Shown: positions 18,722-28,967, counted from the first letter of the stretch. The stretch is 64,000 nucleotides of DNA from an uncultured Actinomycetota bacterium (GCA_963842295.1 CAWJFY010000007.1:18994-82993); one strand, 5' to 3'. Program-made: numbers and translations. Notes: generated from the letters alone by a model not told the origin.

Positions 18722-19498
18722 GTGACCATCGATCCCGTTCGCGCCCGTTGGGCTGCCGGCGAAGCCGCGATCGCCACATGGCTCCTGCTCGAGGGTCCCG
18801 CGTCCGCGGAGATCCTCGCGACGGCCGGCTTCGACGCGGTCGTCGTGGACCTCCAGCACGGCCACGCCACGCTGCACGACCTCCCTCACGTTCTCAGGGC
18901 TCTCGGAGCGAGGCCGGCGGTCCCCTTCGTTCGCGTCGCCTGGAACGACCCCCCGGAGCTGATGCGCGCCCTCGATCTCGGTGCTCGCGGCGTGATCTGC
19001 CCGATGGTCGGTTCCCGCACCGAGGCCGAGACGTTCGTCTCCGCCTGCCGTTACCCGCCTGCAGGCACCCGTAGCTACGGCCCGATCCACGCCGCGTTCG
19101 GCCAGGGCAACGACCAGACCGCGCGGGCCAACGAACAGGTGCTCCTCTTCGCGATGATCGAGACGGGGGACGGCCTCAGGAACCTCGACGAGATCGCCGC
19201 CACACCCGGTCTCGACGGTGTGTTCGTCGGACCGGCAGACCTGAGCCTGGCGATGGGCCTCGAGACGTTCGCCGATCTCACCGATCCGACCTTGTTGGCG
19301 ACCCTCGACACGATCGTGGACGCATCGAACAGCCACGGCATCACGGCGGGCATCCACTCGCCCTCTCCGCCGCGCGCGGCGGAGATGGCGGCGCGCGGCT
19401 TCCGGTTCGTCTCCTGCGCCGTCGACACGGACCTCCTCCGCGACGCTGCCGCGAACGCCCTCCACGCCGCCCGCCAGCCCGGTAGGCTGTCGCGATGA
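18722..19498 (+). CDS. HpcH/HpaI-family aldolase (2-keto-3-deoxy acid aldolase)
   Basis: GFDAVVVDLQHG...VRV...IETGDGLRNLDEIAATPGLDGVFVGPADLS motifs. GTG at 18722 gives 258 aa, typical family length. ATG at 18677 is an alternative but lies only 15 nt from the tRNA gene. Confidence 0.7.
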   Translation: MTIDPVRARWAAGEAAIATWLLLEGPASAEILATAGFDAVVVDLQHGHATLHDLPHVLRALGARPAVPFVRVAWNDPPELMRALDLGARGVICPMVGSRTEAETFVSACRYPPAGTRSYGPIHAAFGQGNDQTARANEQVLLFAMIETGDGLRNLDEIAATPGLDGVFVGPADLSLAMGLETFADLTDPTLLATLDTIVDASNSHGITAGIHSPSPPRAAEMAARGFRFVSCAVDTDLLRDAAANALHAARQPGRLSR

Positions 19499-19758
19499 AG
19501 CTCCGCTCGTTGTTCTTCCTGATCGCAGGCGTCGCGCTCGGCATGAAACTCGCCGCCAAGCTCCGCGAGGATGACCCCAACGTCCTGCACGGGCCACAAC
19601 GCAAACGGAGCGATCAGCAACCGGCGCTGCGGCTGGTCTCGGGCCAGGTCCAGCGGATCACCGATGCCGCGACAGGCAAGAGCTTGGATGCGATCCGCCG
19701 CGTCCGAAGCGGGATCCGCGATCGTCTGGGGGAGGACGACGCGGCCGCCTGGAACTGA
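19495..19758 (+). CDS. Small hypothetical protein with N-terminal TM helix (87 aa)
   Basis: ATG overlaps the aldolase stop (ATGA). MKLRSLFFLIAGVALGMKLAAKL hydrophobic N-terminus followed by a charged tail. Confidence 0.4.
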   Translation: MKLRSLFFLIAGVALGMKLAAKLREDDPNVLHGPQRKRSDQQPALRLVSGQVQRITDAATGKSLDAIRRVRSGIRDRLGEDDAAAWN

Positions 19759-19775
19759 AGGCTTCTCGGGGTCTC

Positions 19776-21191
19776 CTACCAGGAGAACCCGGGTGGCACC
19801 GGACGGCAAAGCGATCGCGTGAGCGAACGCAACTGATCGGTCTTCGTTGGTCGCGTCGAGGCCACGTTCTGGAGCTGTCTGGGATCCCTGAGGAGGTCGT
19901 ACAGCTCTTCCTCGCCGGTCGAGTAGTGGACGAACGTGAAGGACGGCGTCCGAACACCGCAGTAGGTGGGCACGAGCTCGGGCCGCTCGAATTGCTCCAG
20001 CACGACGGAGTCTCGCACGGCGGACGCAGCCCCGGTCAGGACGGGTCGCAGGGACACACCGTCAACCGACAGAGAAGCGCCCGCGAAGTCCACGATCGTG
20101 GGGGCGAGGTCGACGTTGGATACGAGCGAGTTGGTCACCGTGCCTGATGGGCTCCCCCCGGGCAGACGGATGATCAACGGGACTCGGATCGACTCCTCGT
20201 ATGGGACTCGCTTGCCGGTCCATCGATGCTCGTGGATGGAGAGTCCGTTGTCGGAGGTGAAGATGACGAGGGTGTTGGTGGAACGACCGGTCTCAGCAAG
20301 CGCTTGGAGGATCCCCGAAACCATGTCATCGACGGCGAGCAGAGTTTCCCACTGCCGGCGCCTGGCACGCCTCAGCTCTTCCACCGGCCGCAAGGGACGT
20401 TGCTTGATATAGGCAGGCTTGTCGGACAGATCCGCCTCATTCACCGCCGGCCCGAGAGGAACGGGCGTCGCGGAGAACCTGCCGCGATGGCGTGGCGCGG
20501 CGATGAAGTTCCCGTGCGGTGCGAACGGGGCCGCCATCAGGAACAGCGGCGTCTCAGTCGGACTACGCCGGATGAAAGCGACTGCCTGCCTCCGGATGAC
20601 GTCGGTCGAGTAGTCCCTTGGCCGAGCGCCATAGGACACGAGGCCGCGCGAGTCGTCGAACATCGTGTAGTTGAAATAGCGCCCGTTCCCGTTCGAGAAA
20701 GCGAACCAACGATCCCAACCTGGCGGCACGTGCACGGCGTCACCGCGGTAGCCGTTGATGTACTTGCCGATAAGTGCGGTCCGGTAGCCCACGGCATCGA
20801 GTGCCGTTGCGATCGTGCTCGACTCCGATGCCTGGAAAGCGGTCCATCCGCCAGCAGGCGGGACGTTGGAGTACACCCCAGTGGTATGGGAATAGCGGCC
20901 GGTGAGGATCGTGGCCCGGGACGGACAGCACAAGGGGTTCGTGACGATCGCGCGCGTGAGCCGGATCCCTCGGCGCACGAGGAGGCGCTGCACTTCGGGC
21001 ATCAAACGGAGCGTGTCGTAGCGCTGGTCGTCCGTGACGATAAGGACGATGTTGGGTCGACCGGGTACCTGTGCATGCGCCGGCTGAGACGTCGTTTCAG
21101 CGGCGAGCAACACCGCCGCGAACATCGCCAGACCGGCGACAAGCGTGAACGTGCGCAGGCCACGCTGCACCGGAACACGAGCAACCCCCAT
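19776..21191 (-). CDS. Sulfatase (Cys-type, formylglycine-dependent), secreted
   Basis: Signal peptide; NIVLIVTDDQRYD metal-binding start; sulfatase signature LCCPSRATILTGRYSHTTGV (C-x-P-x-R). Confidence 0.85.
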   Translation of the reverse strand: MGVARVPVQRGLRTFTLVAGLAMFAAVLLAAETTSQPAHAQVPGRPNIVLIVTDDQRYDTLRLMPEVQRLLVRRGIRLTRAIVTNPLCCPSRATILTGRYSHTTGVYSNVPPAGGWTAFQASESSTIATALDAVGYRTALIGKYINGYRGDAVHVPPGWDRWFAFSNGNGRYFNYTMFDDSRGLVSYGARPRDYSTDVIRRQAVAFIRRSPTETPLFLMAAPFAPHGNFIAAPRHRGRFSATPVPLGPAVNEADLSDKPAYIKQRPLRPVEELRRARRRQWETLLAVDDMVSGILQALAETGRSTNTLVIFTSDNGLSIHEHRWTGKRVPYEESIRVPLIIRLPGGSPSGTVTNSLVSNVDLAPTIVDFAGASLSVDGVSLRPVLTGAASAVRDSVVLEQFERPELVPTYCGVRTPSFTFVHYSTGEEELYDLLRDPRQLQNVASTRPTKTDQLRSLTRSLCRPVPPGFSW

Positions 21192-21447
21192 GATCCGAGG
21201 AAGCTAGCACAGGGGTTGAGCGGAGCTCTGGCTCGGCGCACGATCACAGGAGAGCAACCTCCCTCTCGGGAGAGACCGATTCCCATCCCATGAGCGCAGA
21301 GGTTCGTGCTCAAGAAAAAGGGGTGCGGGTGCCGATGACTCGTGGTACAAAACAACGCGGATCCGTGCCGCTTGTCGGACTCGCGGGCACTTGACCCGGG
21401 AGCCGTCGCCGTACTCGGAGGAAGGCGGAGGAGCGGAAGTGGAGAGG

Positions 21448-21624
21448 ATGGGACTCTACGCAGCTTTGAAACGGAGGTTGGGCTCCGAAGAGGGAGCGAC
21501 CGCCGTGGAGTATGCCTTGATGATCGCCCTGATCGCACTCGTGGTCGTGGCAGCAGTGACGTTCCTCGGGCAAAGCACGAACAGCGTGTACGAGAATGGC
21601 GAGCTGATCAAAGGGCTGACCTGA
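21448..21624 (+). CDS. flp: Flp/Fap-family pilin (type IVb, Tad-type), orphan
   Basis: ATG at 21448 preceded by GGAGAGG. MGLYAALKRRLGSEEGATAVEYALMIALIALVVVAAVTFLG: a G/XXXXEY processing motif followed by a hydrophobic helix. No tad/cpa genes in the window. Confidence 0.7.
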   Translation: MGLYAALKRRLGSEEGATAVEYALMIALIALVVVAAVTFLGQSTNSVYENGELIKGLT

Positions 21625-21628
21625 TCGG

Positions 21629-22945
21629 CTACTCGAGGTAGTCGCGCAGTCGTTGCGATCGTGACGGGTGTCGCAGCTTCGAGAGCGTCTTCGATTCGAT
21701 CTGGCGGATCCGCTCGCGCGTGACGCCGAACTCACGACCGACCTCTTCCAGCGTCCGCGGATGCCCATCGACGAGGCCGAACCTGAGCTCGATCACCTTC
21801 TTCTCCCGCTCCGAGAGGGTGTGGAGCACCGAGCCGAGCTGCTCCTGTAGCAGGATGAACGAGGCGGCATCCACCGGGACCACCGCGTCGGAGTCCTCGA
21901 TGAAGTCTCCGAGATGGGAGTCCTCCTCCTCGCCGATCGGCGTCTCCAGCGACACCGGTTCCTGGGACACCTTCTGGATCTCGCGCACTTTCTCGGCGCC
22001 GATCCCCATCACCTTGCCGATCTCCTCTGGGGTCGGCTCGCGGCCCAGGTCTTGCAGCAGCTGCCGCTGCACCCGAACGAGCTTGTTGATCGTCTCGACC
22101 ATGTGGACAGGGATCCGGATCGTCCGCGCCTGGTCGGCGATCGCGCGCGTGATCGCCTGGCGGATCCACCAGGTCGCGTACGTCGAGAACTTGAAACCCT
22201 TCGAGTGGTCGAACTTCTCCACGGCGCGGATCAGGCCCAGGTTCCCTTCCTGGATGAGGTCGAGGAAGAGCATCCCGCGGCCCACGTACCGCTTCGCGAT
22301 CGAGACGACAAGGCGGAGGTTCGCCTCGATCAACTTGCGCTTGGCGAGCTGACCGTCCCTCTCCACACGGTGGAGATAGGCGACGACGTCGTCGTCCGTC
22401 TTGGGGCGGTAGGACTTCTTCTGGGCGAGCGGATCACGGCCGATCCCTTCGACCTTCCCGAACGCCGTCACCTGGTGGTTCCAGATCTCCCAGACCCGGG
22501 TGGTGGCCAGGCGGAACCGTTTGGGGTCGGGCTTCCCGTCCGACACGATCTGCTCCTGCAGCTCGGTGCAGAGCTCCCCGGCCTCGATCCGCCTCGCGAG
22601 GTCCACCTCCTGCGGCGCGTTCAACAGCGGGACCTTGCCGATCTCCTTCAGGTACATCCGGACCGGGTCGTTGGTGGGCGCCTTGAGCGCGTCGACCTCG
22701 ATGCGGATCTGCGTCACGGCATCGGTGTCGTCCCCGGGAAGCTCGATGATCTCGATGCCCGCGGTGTTCAGGTGGTCGGTCAGCTGCGCGAGAACGTCCT
22801 CCACCTGATCGGGCGTGATCTCCGGCAATGCCTCGAAGACGTCCCCGGATGTGACGAAGCCGCGTTCGCGGCCAAGCACGACGAGCTGTTCCTTGACCTC
22901 ATCGAGGCTGTAGGTGTCGGAAACTGGTTCGCGAGCCGCGCTCAA
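21629..22945 (-). CDS. sigA: RNA polymerase principal sigma factor (sigma-70 group 1, SigA/RpoD-like)
   Basis: Acidic region 1.1 N-terminus; [11 protein letters not shown]; region 2 [42 protein letters not shown]; region 3 and region 4.2 ([27 protein letters not shown]). Stop is 4 nt from the flp stop (convergent). Confidence 0.85.
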   Translation of the reverse strand: MSAAREPVSDTYSLDEVKEQLVVLGRERGFVTSGDVFEALPEITPDQVEDVLAQLTDHLNTAGIEIIELPGDDTDAVTQIRIEVDALKAPTNDPVRMYLKEIGKVPLLNAPQEVDLARRIEAGELCTELQEQIVSDGKPDPKRFRLATTRVWEIWNHQVTAFGKVEGIGRDPLAQKKSYRPKTDDDVVAYLHRVERDGQLAKRKLIEANLRLVVSIAKRYVGRGMLFLDLIQEGNLGLIRAVEKFDHSKGFKFSTYATWWIRQAITRAIADQARTIRIPVHMVETINKLVRVQRQLLQDLGREPTPEEIGKVMGIGAEKVREIQKVSQEPVSLETPIGEEEDSHLGDFIEDSDAVVPVDAASFILLQEQLGSVLHTLSEREKKVIELRFGLVDGHPRTLEEVGREFGVTRERIRQIESKTLSKLRHPSRSQRLRDYLE

Positions 22946-23025
22946 CGGGGGTCATCCAGCTGCGTCGGGAGCACGGCCTAGAGTGTACGGAACAAGCGGC
23001 GGCGCCGACCCTGGGCGGATCGGAC

Positions 23026-24831
23026 CTATCCCGCGTCGAGCAATCCCTGGCGGATCCTGCGGAGCTCGCCATCCACCGCGACGAGTTCGTGGAACAACTC
23101 GTCGTAGCCGGCCTCCGTCTGCGGGTTCAGCTTCTGCAGACGGATCCGCAGGTCGTCGCTCTTCGCCTTCAACACGAACTCCTGCAGACGCGCGAAGACG
23201 TGCGACGCGTACTCGCGCGTCGGTTCGCCTTCGATCGACTCGACCGCCAGGGCGCTGGCCGCCGCCGCGACCTTCGGGTCGTCGGCGCCGGCCAGCGACC
23301 CCACGTCCCCGGAGAACTCTCGCAACGCCGCCAGCGCTGCCTTTCCCGTCGGCGTCCGCACATGATCATCGGTGAGCAGCGGCGCGTACTCGTCGAACAC
23401 CGCTCGGTCCCGGGTGAGGAGCCGCAACATCTCCCGCTCGACACGATCGCGCGCGGACAGCCGCTTCATCGTCTTCGCGACCTGTTCGGGGTGGCCGCCG
23501 AGCCGACGCTGCAGTGCCGTGCGCACCGAGTCCTCGGACACCCCCGTCAGGTCGGCCAACAGGTGTCCGTACTCGCTCCGTCTCACCGGGTCCTGCAGCT
23601 TCTGCAGCATCGGCAGCGCGTCCGCGACCGCCGCCGACTGCCCCTCGACGTTGGACAGGTCGTGGCGACCCACCGTCCGCCTCACCATGTACTCGACGAT
23701 CGGGCGAGCCTCCTTCGCAGCCTCCCGGACTTCGTCCGCCCCGCGCTTCGCCACGAACTCCGCCGGGTCCAGACCCTCCGGCATGATCATCACGACCGCT
23801 TGGACCGGGTACTGCTCCTGGAACGCGAACGCCCGCTCGGCTGCGCGCGCACCCGCTTCGTCGGAGTCGAACGCAAGCACCGCCCTGGTCGCGAACCGGG
23901 ACATCAGCTTGAAGTGCGCTTCGCCCAGCGCCGTGCCACAGGTCGCGACCGCGCTGTCGATCCCCGCCTGGGCAAGCCCGATCACATCGGTGAAGCCCTC
24001 GACCACGAACACCTGGCCCGACCGCGCGACCGTCTGCCGCGCCCTGTGCAGGTTGTAGAGGACCTCACCCTTCCGATAGATCGGCGTCTCGGCGGTGTTG
24101 AGGTACTTCGCCTGCTCCGCCGCGCGGGCGTCGCTGGGCAGCACCCGGGCCCCGAAGCCGAGATAGCGCCCCTGGAGATCCTGGATAGGGAACGTCAGTC
24201 GCCCACGGAACCGGTCGCGGACCACACCGTCCTCACCCTTCGTCGCGAGCCCGGCCTCCAGGAGCACCTCAGGGCCGAGGTCCTTCGCAAGGCGCCGAAG
24301 CAGGAAGTCCGGGTAGCCCGGCGCGTAGCCGATCCCGAACGCTTCGAGCGACTCAGCCGAGAGCCCGCGCTCCTCGACGTAGGCCCGCGCGTCGTCGGCC
24401 TCCCGGCCGTCGAGGAGCATCCGCGAGTAGAGCTTGGCGGCCTCCTCGTTCGCCTTGAACAGCGAGTTGCGACGCTGTGCCGCGCGGCGCTCGGCCGCCG
24501 AATCACCCTCGTACCGGAGCGTCACTCCTGTCAGCTGCGCCAGCCGTTCCACCGCCTCCACATAGGACAGGCTCTCCAGCTCGCGGAGGAACGTGATCGC
24601 GTCGCCACCCTTGCCGCAGCCGAAGCAGTAGAAGACGCCCTTCGATGGCGACACGCTGAATGACGCCGTCTTCTCCTGATGGAACGGGCACAGGCCCGAC
24701 ATCGAGTCGTGTCCGGTCTTCTTCAACGCGAGGTACTGCGAGACGAGCGCGACCATGTCCGTCCGCTCCTTGACCGCCTCGATGTCCTCCTGTCTGATCC
24801 GCGCCATGCCTACCCCTGGTCGTGAAGCCAC
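23026..24831 (-). CDS. dnaG: DNA primase
   Basis: Zinc-binding CPFHQEKTASFSVSPSKGVFYCFGCGKGGD; TOPRIM region (VVEGFTDV). Confidence 0.9.
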   Translation of the reverse strand: MASRPGVGMARIRQEDIEAVKERTDMVALVSQYLALKKTGHDSMSGLCPFHQEKTASFSVSPSKGVFYCFGCGKGGDAITFLRELESLSYVEAVERLAQLTGVTLRYEGDSAAERRAAQRRNSLFKANEEAAKLYSRMLLDGREADDARAYVEERGLSAESLEAFGIGYAPGYPDFLLRRLAKDLGPEVLLEAGLATKGEDGVVRDRFRGRLTFPIQDLQGRYLGFGARVLPSDARAAEQAKYLNTAETPIYRKGEVLYNLHRARQTVARSGQVFVVEGFTDVIGLAQAGIDSAVATCGTALGEAHFKLMSRFATRAVLAFDSDEAGARAAERAFAFQEQYPVQAVVMIMPEGLDPAEFVAKRGADEVREAAKEARPIVEYMVRRTVGRHDLSNVEGQSAAVADALPMLQKLQDPVRRSEYGHLLADLTGVSEDSVRTALQRRLGGHPEQVAKTMKRLSARDRVEREMLRLLTRDRAVFDEYAPLLTDDHVRTPTGKAALAALREFSGDVGSLAGADDPKVAAAASALAVESIEGEPTREYASHVFARLQEFVLKAKSDDLRIRLQKLNPQTEAGYDELFHELVAVDGELRRIRQGLLDAG

Positions 24832-25820
24832 CCGCGGGGAAGGAACAGTCGCTCGTACGTCCGGAGCGCGTACCGGTCCGTCATGCCCGAGATGTAGTCG
24901 GCCACGCGGGTCGGCAGGTCGCCCGGCGCCCGATGGTACTCCTCGGGCATGTCGTCCGGATGATCGAGGAAGTGCTGGAACAGCTCCCGGATCAGCCGGG
25001 TCGCGCGCTCATGTTCGCCGTGCGTGTCCTCCCGCAGGTAGACCTGTTCGAACATGAAGTCCCGGAGCGCGTCCAGCGCAGCGAACACCGGCGTCGTCAG
25101 TTGCACCTCAGCCTGGTCTTCGCTGGCGGCGACCAGGTCCGTCACGAGCGTGTTGATCCGGGCAGAGTGGGTGGCGCCCAGCGCCTTCATCGGACCCGCC
25201 GGGAGTTCAGTCTCGCTCAGCACGCCCGCGCGCAGTGCGTCGTCCACGTCGTGATTCAGGTACGCGATGCGGTCGGCGAACCGCACGATCTGCGCCTCAA
25301 GTGTCGACGGTGGCGGCATCGACCACGGGTGGTTCACGATCCCGTCCCGTACCTCCCACGTGAGGTTCAGACCCTCGCCCTCGTTCTCGAGGTGCTCGAC
25401 GACCCGGAGCGACTGCTCGGAGTGGCGGAACGGCCGGCCCAGGAACGGCGTGAGCGCCTGCTCCCCGAGATGTCCGAACGGCGTGTGGCCGAGGTCGTGC
25501 CCAAGGGCGATCGCCTCCGCGAGGTCCTCGTTCAGTCGCAGCGCCCGCGCCGCCGTCCGCGCGATCTGCGACACGTCAAGCGTGTGCGTGAGCCGCACCC
25601 GATAGTGATCGCCCTCGGGCGACAGGAACACCTGCGTCTTGTGCTTCAGCCGGCGGAACGCCTTGGCGTGCACGATCCGGTCGCGGTCCCGTTGGTAGAC
25701 CGTCCGGAGGTCGTCCTGCGGTTCGTCGCGCTCTCGGCCCTTCGTCTCGGAGGCGAGCGATGCTCTCCGAGATAGGACCTGGCGCTCGATCTCTTCGGTT
25801 CGCTCTCGGGGGGTCGTCAC
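24810..25820 (-). CDS. dgt: dGTP triphosphohydrolase-like HD-domain protein
   Basis: HD motif LGHDLGHTPFGH; overlaps dnaG start by 22 nt. Confidence 0.8.
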   Translation of the reverse strand: MTTPRERTEEIERQVLSRRASLASETKGRERDEPQDDLRTVYQRDRDRIVHAKAFRRLKHKTQVFLSPEGDHYRVRLTHTLDVSQIARTAARALRLNEDLAEAIALGHDLGHTPFGHLGEQALTPFLGRPFRHSEQSLRVVEHLENEGEGLNLTWEVRDGIVNHPWSMPPPSTLEAQIVRFADRIAYLNHDVDDALRAGVLSETELPAGPMKALGATHSARINTLVTDLVAASEDQAEVQLTTPVFAALDALRDFMFEQVYLREDTHGEHERATRLIRELFQHFLDHPDDMPEEYHRAPGDLPTRVADYISGMTDRYALRTYERLFLPRGWLHDQG

Positions 25821-25854
25821 GGACTCATGGTAGCCGTGCCGACAGACAGCCCGG

Positions 25855-26463
25855 TCAACGGCCCATCACTCGGTAGTACAGGTACGCGAACGTCTCGCGA
25901 AGGTACCCTGCGCTTCTCGTCTCCTGTGAGGTCGCCGCGGACTTCCACGTCGCCGACGCATGCCCGTCGATCCCCAGATCCCGGGCCATCCGCTCGACCC
26001 GTGCGTTGTGCCACGGGTCCGAGACGAGGAACGCGGAGTCCATCCCGGCCTGTCGCATCACGGGAGCGGCCGCTCGGAGCGACTCGTAGGTGGTGTGGCC
26101 TTTCGGCACCGGCAGGATCGCATCCTGCGGCACTCCCATCTCTATGAGGTATGCCCGGCCGGCCTCAGCCTCGGTGAAGCGATCTCCCGATTGACCGCCG
26201 CCGAGGACGAGGACGCGGTCGGCCCTTCCCTGCTCGTAGAGGAGCACGGCGTGATCGAGGCGCCCGGCGAACACCGGCGAGGGTTCACCGTCGTACTGGG
26301 CAGCGCCCAGGACCACGATCGCGTCGGCCCGATCGAGCTCCGAGGCGTCGTCATGGTGAGCCGCCCGCCATACGACGATCGCGCACCCGGCCACGAACCC
26401 AACCGTCAAGAGGAGGACGAACGAGACCGTTGCGAGGAACGGGTGTCGGCGGAGGAGGCTCAC
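25855..26463 (-). CDS. DUF218 (YdcF/SanA/ElyC-like) membrane-anchored protein
   Basis: N-terminal TM helix; DAIVVLGAAQYDGEPSPVFAGRLDHAVLLYEQGRADRVLVLGGG core typical of DUF218. Confidence 0.6.
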   Translation of the reverse strand: MSLLRRHPFLATVSFVLLLTVGFVAGCAIVVWRAAHHDDASELDRADAIVVLGAAQYDGEPSPVFAGRLDHAVLLYEQGRADRVLVLGGGQSGDRFTEAEAGRAYLIEMGVPQDAILPVPKGHTTYESLRAAAPVMRQAGMDSAFLVSDPWHNARVERMARDLGIDGHASATWKSAATSQETRSAGYLRETFAYLYYRVMGR

Positions 26464-26718
26464 CTGCCAAGGCTAGCAACGCCTCTCTCAAAGGCTCAGT
26501 CGGTGCAGAGGATCGTCACGTTCGCGCTGAATGACACCTCTTCGCCCGCGTCGACCACCCGTCGTTCGACCTCCCGGCGTGAGTCGCCCACGGCGCCGAT
26601 GATGTATCCGTCGCCGGCGGCGTCCGGCAGGCCCTCGAAGCATTCGGTCGGGGCGACCATCAATGCGGTTCCGAGCGGATCCAGTAGCCGTTGGGTCAGG
26701 GGGTCGAGGTCGCGGGGA

Positions 26719-26907
26719 TCAGACGCCAAGTCGATGACCGCGATCCACCTCTCTTGGTGCGCGGGGAGGGGCCGACGGTCGGGAGACCGTCGGCGTGGCG
26801 GCGAACGTCCCTGACGCCTGCCGGGATCCGGGATCTTCACCGCAGCCGGCCAGTACCAGCGCGCAAGCGAACGCGATCGACACCTTGTGCATCCGTCGCC
26901 TCATCAC
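26719..26907 (-). CDS. Small lipoprotein; may continue by frameshift into ORF 26496..26840
   Basis: MMRRRMHKVSIAFACALVLAGCGED lipobox. The downstream ORF 26496..26840 in another frame could be its C-terminal domain. Confidence 0.35.
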   Translation of the reverse strand: MMRRRMHKVSIAFACALVLAGCGEDPGSRQASGTFAATPTVSRPSAPPRAPREVDRGHRLGV

Positions 26908-28241
26908 GGCGTCACGATCCAGCTGTTCGAAGTGTAGGCAGGGAGGGTGGCACGGAACGCTGCGATCACCGCGCCCGGATCGGCGTCGCGAGGAACATGA
27001 AGCAAAGCCCCGAAGACACCCGGACGGATCGCGAGCGGCGCGTCGTCGCTGTCGACCACCTCGACGAGAGACCCGGGGTACGCACGTCGGATCACGGTCA
27101 CCACCGCCTCGGCTTCGGCCGAGGTCTGGTAGTCACCCACGATCACCGCGACCTCTTCGGCGCTGGGATCTCGAGTCTCGCTGGCGTCCGGCAGATCCCC
27201 ACGGAGCGGGACGTACGAGCCCCGATCCCGCCGGTCCGGATCGACCACGTCTATCGGATCCACCAGCACTGCGCCGCACCCGATGGTGTGCATCTCACCC
27301 GCCCGCTCGACCTGGAGCAAGTGTCTGCCGTGCATCTGATCGGGACGGCTCCAGACGAGCCGCCCGCGAAGGCGTCCCGCGAGGTAACGCTCGCCGTCGA
27401 GCCGTCTCACGAGGGACGCCGCGCCGTGCTCGAACCGCCACAGCTCGAACGTGGGTGCTTCGGTCGACGAGCCTCGCGCGCTGACCCGCACGAAATCGAT
27501 GCCACCTGCTCGAGCGATCGGAGTCCGGATGGTCACCCATCGATCGCCTCCGGCTCGGAAGTGGGTGAGCCGGCGCCACCGAGTCTGGTGGACGTCCGTT
27601 GCCCAGAGATCGCCCAGCCGGTCCCCCTCTGGCATCTGGTCGTTGGGCGGCGCTGACACGACCGCCGCGATCCGACGATCCGACAGGAACTGCGGCGCGA
27701 ACACGCTCGCTCCCCGGACCGGCACCGGGCGCTCGTCGACCTCGCCTGTGACGGGGTCGCGCACCACGATGGAAGAGCCCGTCGACCAGGCGAGCTGGCC
27801 GGCCGCCGACCACGTGGGGTGTGACGCCTCTCCCGCTTGGGGAAGGACATCCACTCCCTCGCGCGTCATCGCGACAACGACGTCAGCGCCCGCCCGATCG
27901 ATGATGAAGGCGGCGCCGATCCGCCGCCGGACGGCGAGGTGCTTGATCGTGCCGTGTCCGATCGATGTCGCCAGCGCCCGGTGCACCCCCACCGACGCGA
28001 GTCCCTCGGCGGTCACGCCCCGCCCCGCACCCACGGACACGAGCCGCCCGCCGGCCACCGCCCAAACCCCTCGGCCCGAAACGAGGCCCGGCGCGCTGCG
28101 AGCGTATGCCGGAAGGCTCGGACACCCTCGAGAAGGGTTCGCTCGAACGGAATTGGCTGGCGTGCCACCGGCGCCCGCCGTGAGTAGACCGGCGGCCGTC
28201 GACGCCGCGACGACCGCCGCGATCACGAGTCTCCGTATCAT
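26904..28241 (-). CDS. Secreted hypothetical protein with predicted beta-propeller (TolB/WD40-like) region
   Basis: Probable start MIRRLVIAAVVAASTAAGLLTAGA (signal/TM), from M80 of the track ORF. Beta-rich repeats. Function unknown. Confidence 0.45.
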   Translation of the reverse strand: MIRRLVIAAVVAASTAAGLLTAGAGGTPANSVRANPSRGCPSLPAYARSAPGLVSGRGVWAVAGGRLVSVGAGRGVTAEGLASVGVHRALATSIGHGTIKHLAVRRRIGAAFIIDRAGADVVVAMTREGVDVLPQAGEASHPTWSAAGQLAWSTGSSIVVRDPVTGEVDERPVPVRGASVFAPQFLSDRRIAAVVSAPPNDQMPEGDRLGDLWATDVHQTRWRRLTHFRAGGDRWVTIRTPIARAGGIDFVRVSARGSSTEAPTFELWRFEHGAASLVRRLDGERYLAGRLRGRLVWSRPDQMHGRHLLQVERAGEMHTIGCGAVLVDPIDVVDPDRRDRGSYVPLRGDLPDASETRDPSAEEVAVIVGDYQTSAEAEAVVTVIRRAYPGSLVEVVDSDDAPLAIRPGVFGALLHVPRDADPGAVIAAFRATLPAYTSNSWIVTP

Positions 28242-28258
28242 CTCGACCTCCTCGAAGA

Positions 28259-28876
28259 TCAGTAGTTCGTGACGTACTGGAAGTGCATGGGATCCGGCGC
28301 CGAGTCCCAGCTGAGGCCCCAGAAGAAGCGATGACCGGGGAATCCTCCGCGCCACACGTCGGGGATGTACGTGCCGTAGTTGGTCCCGTCGATGCCCCGG
28401 CCGTTCCAGTGCGTCTGGTACCGGGGGTTCCGCTGCCAGTTCGTGTCGATCGCGGCTCCCCACGAGTGGACTGACCACGATGTCGACCCCGCGATGAGCC
28501 GGCAGTTATAGCCGCCGATCCCCGGGTACAGGGCCCCGTCGCGATGCGCGGCATTGATGTGATTCCGGATGTTGAAGCCGACGTTGCGCGCGAGGTACGT
28601 GTGGTAGTACACGTACTTCCCGGCCCCGAACGGATCCGTGTCCGCGTGCGGCCACCAGGAGCGTGCGTTGTTGGCCTTGTCGCTGCATCGCGGGCCGAAG
28701 ACGTCGTTGAGGCCGGCGAGACCGCTCGGCCGAGGCGGGACGCCTGCATCCGAGTGGTCGTGCGTCCAGTCCGACATATGGCCCGCGAGCGCGGACGACC
28801 CCGCGAACAGCGAGATCGAGAGCAGGGCGATCAGGACGACCGAGACGATTCGAGCACAGGCGGGAGAGCGTGCCAT
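28259..28876 (-). CDS. Secreted peptidase M15 family (VanY / D-Ala-D-Ala carboxypeptidase-like, LAS metallopeptidase)
   Basis: Signal peptide. SWHSWGAAIDTN matches the S-x-H-x-x-G-x-A-x-D zinc-ligand motif; the C-terminal DPMHFQY His motif is also present. Confidence 0.65.
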   Translation of the reverse strand: MARSPACARIVSVVLIALLSISLFAGSSALAGHMSDWTHDHSDAGVPPRPSGLAGLNDVFGPRCSDKANNARSWWPHADTDPFGAGKYVYYHTYLARNVGFNIRNHINAAHRDGALYPGIGGYNCRLIAGSTSWSVHSWGAAIDTNWQRNPRYQTHWNGRGIDGTNYGTYIPDVWRGGFPGHRFFWGLSWDSAPDPMHFQYVTNY

Positions 28877-28967
28877 GACATCCCCTCCTTCGTGGGGGAG
28901 GAGGGAGGACGCGCGACACTACCCCACGCTGAGGCGCGGCACCGTGACGGATCTCACGACTGAGGAG

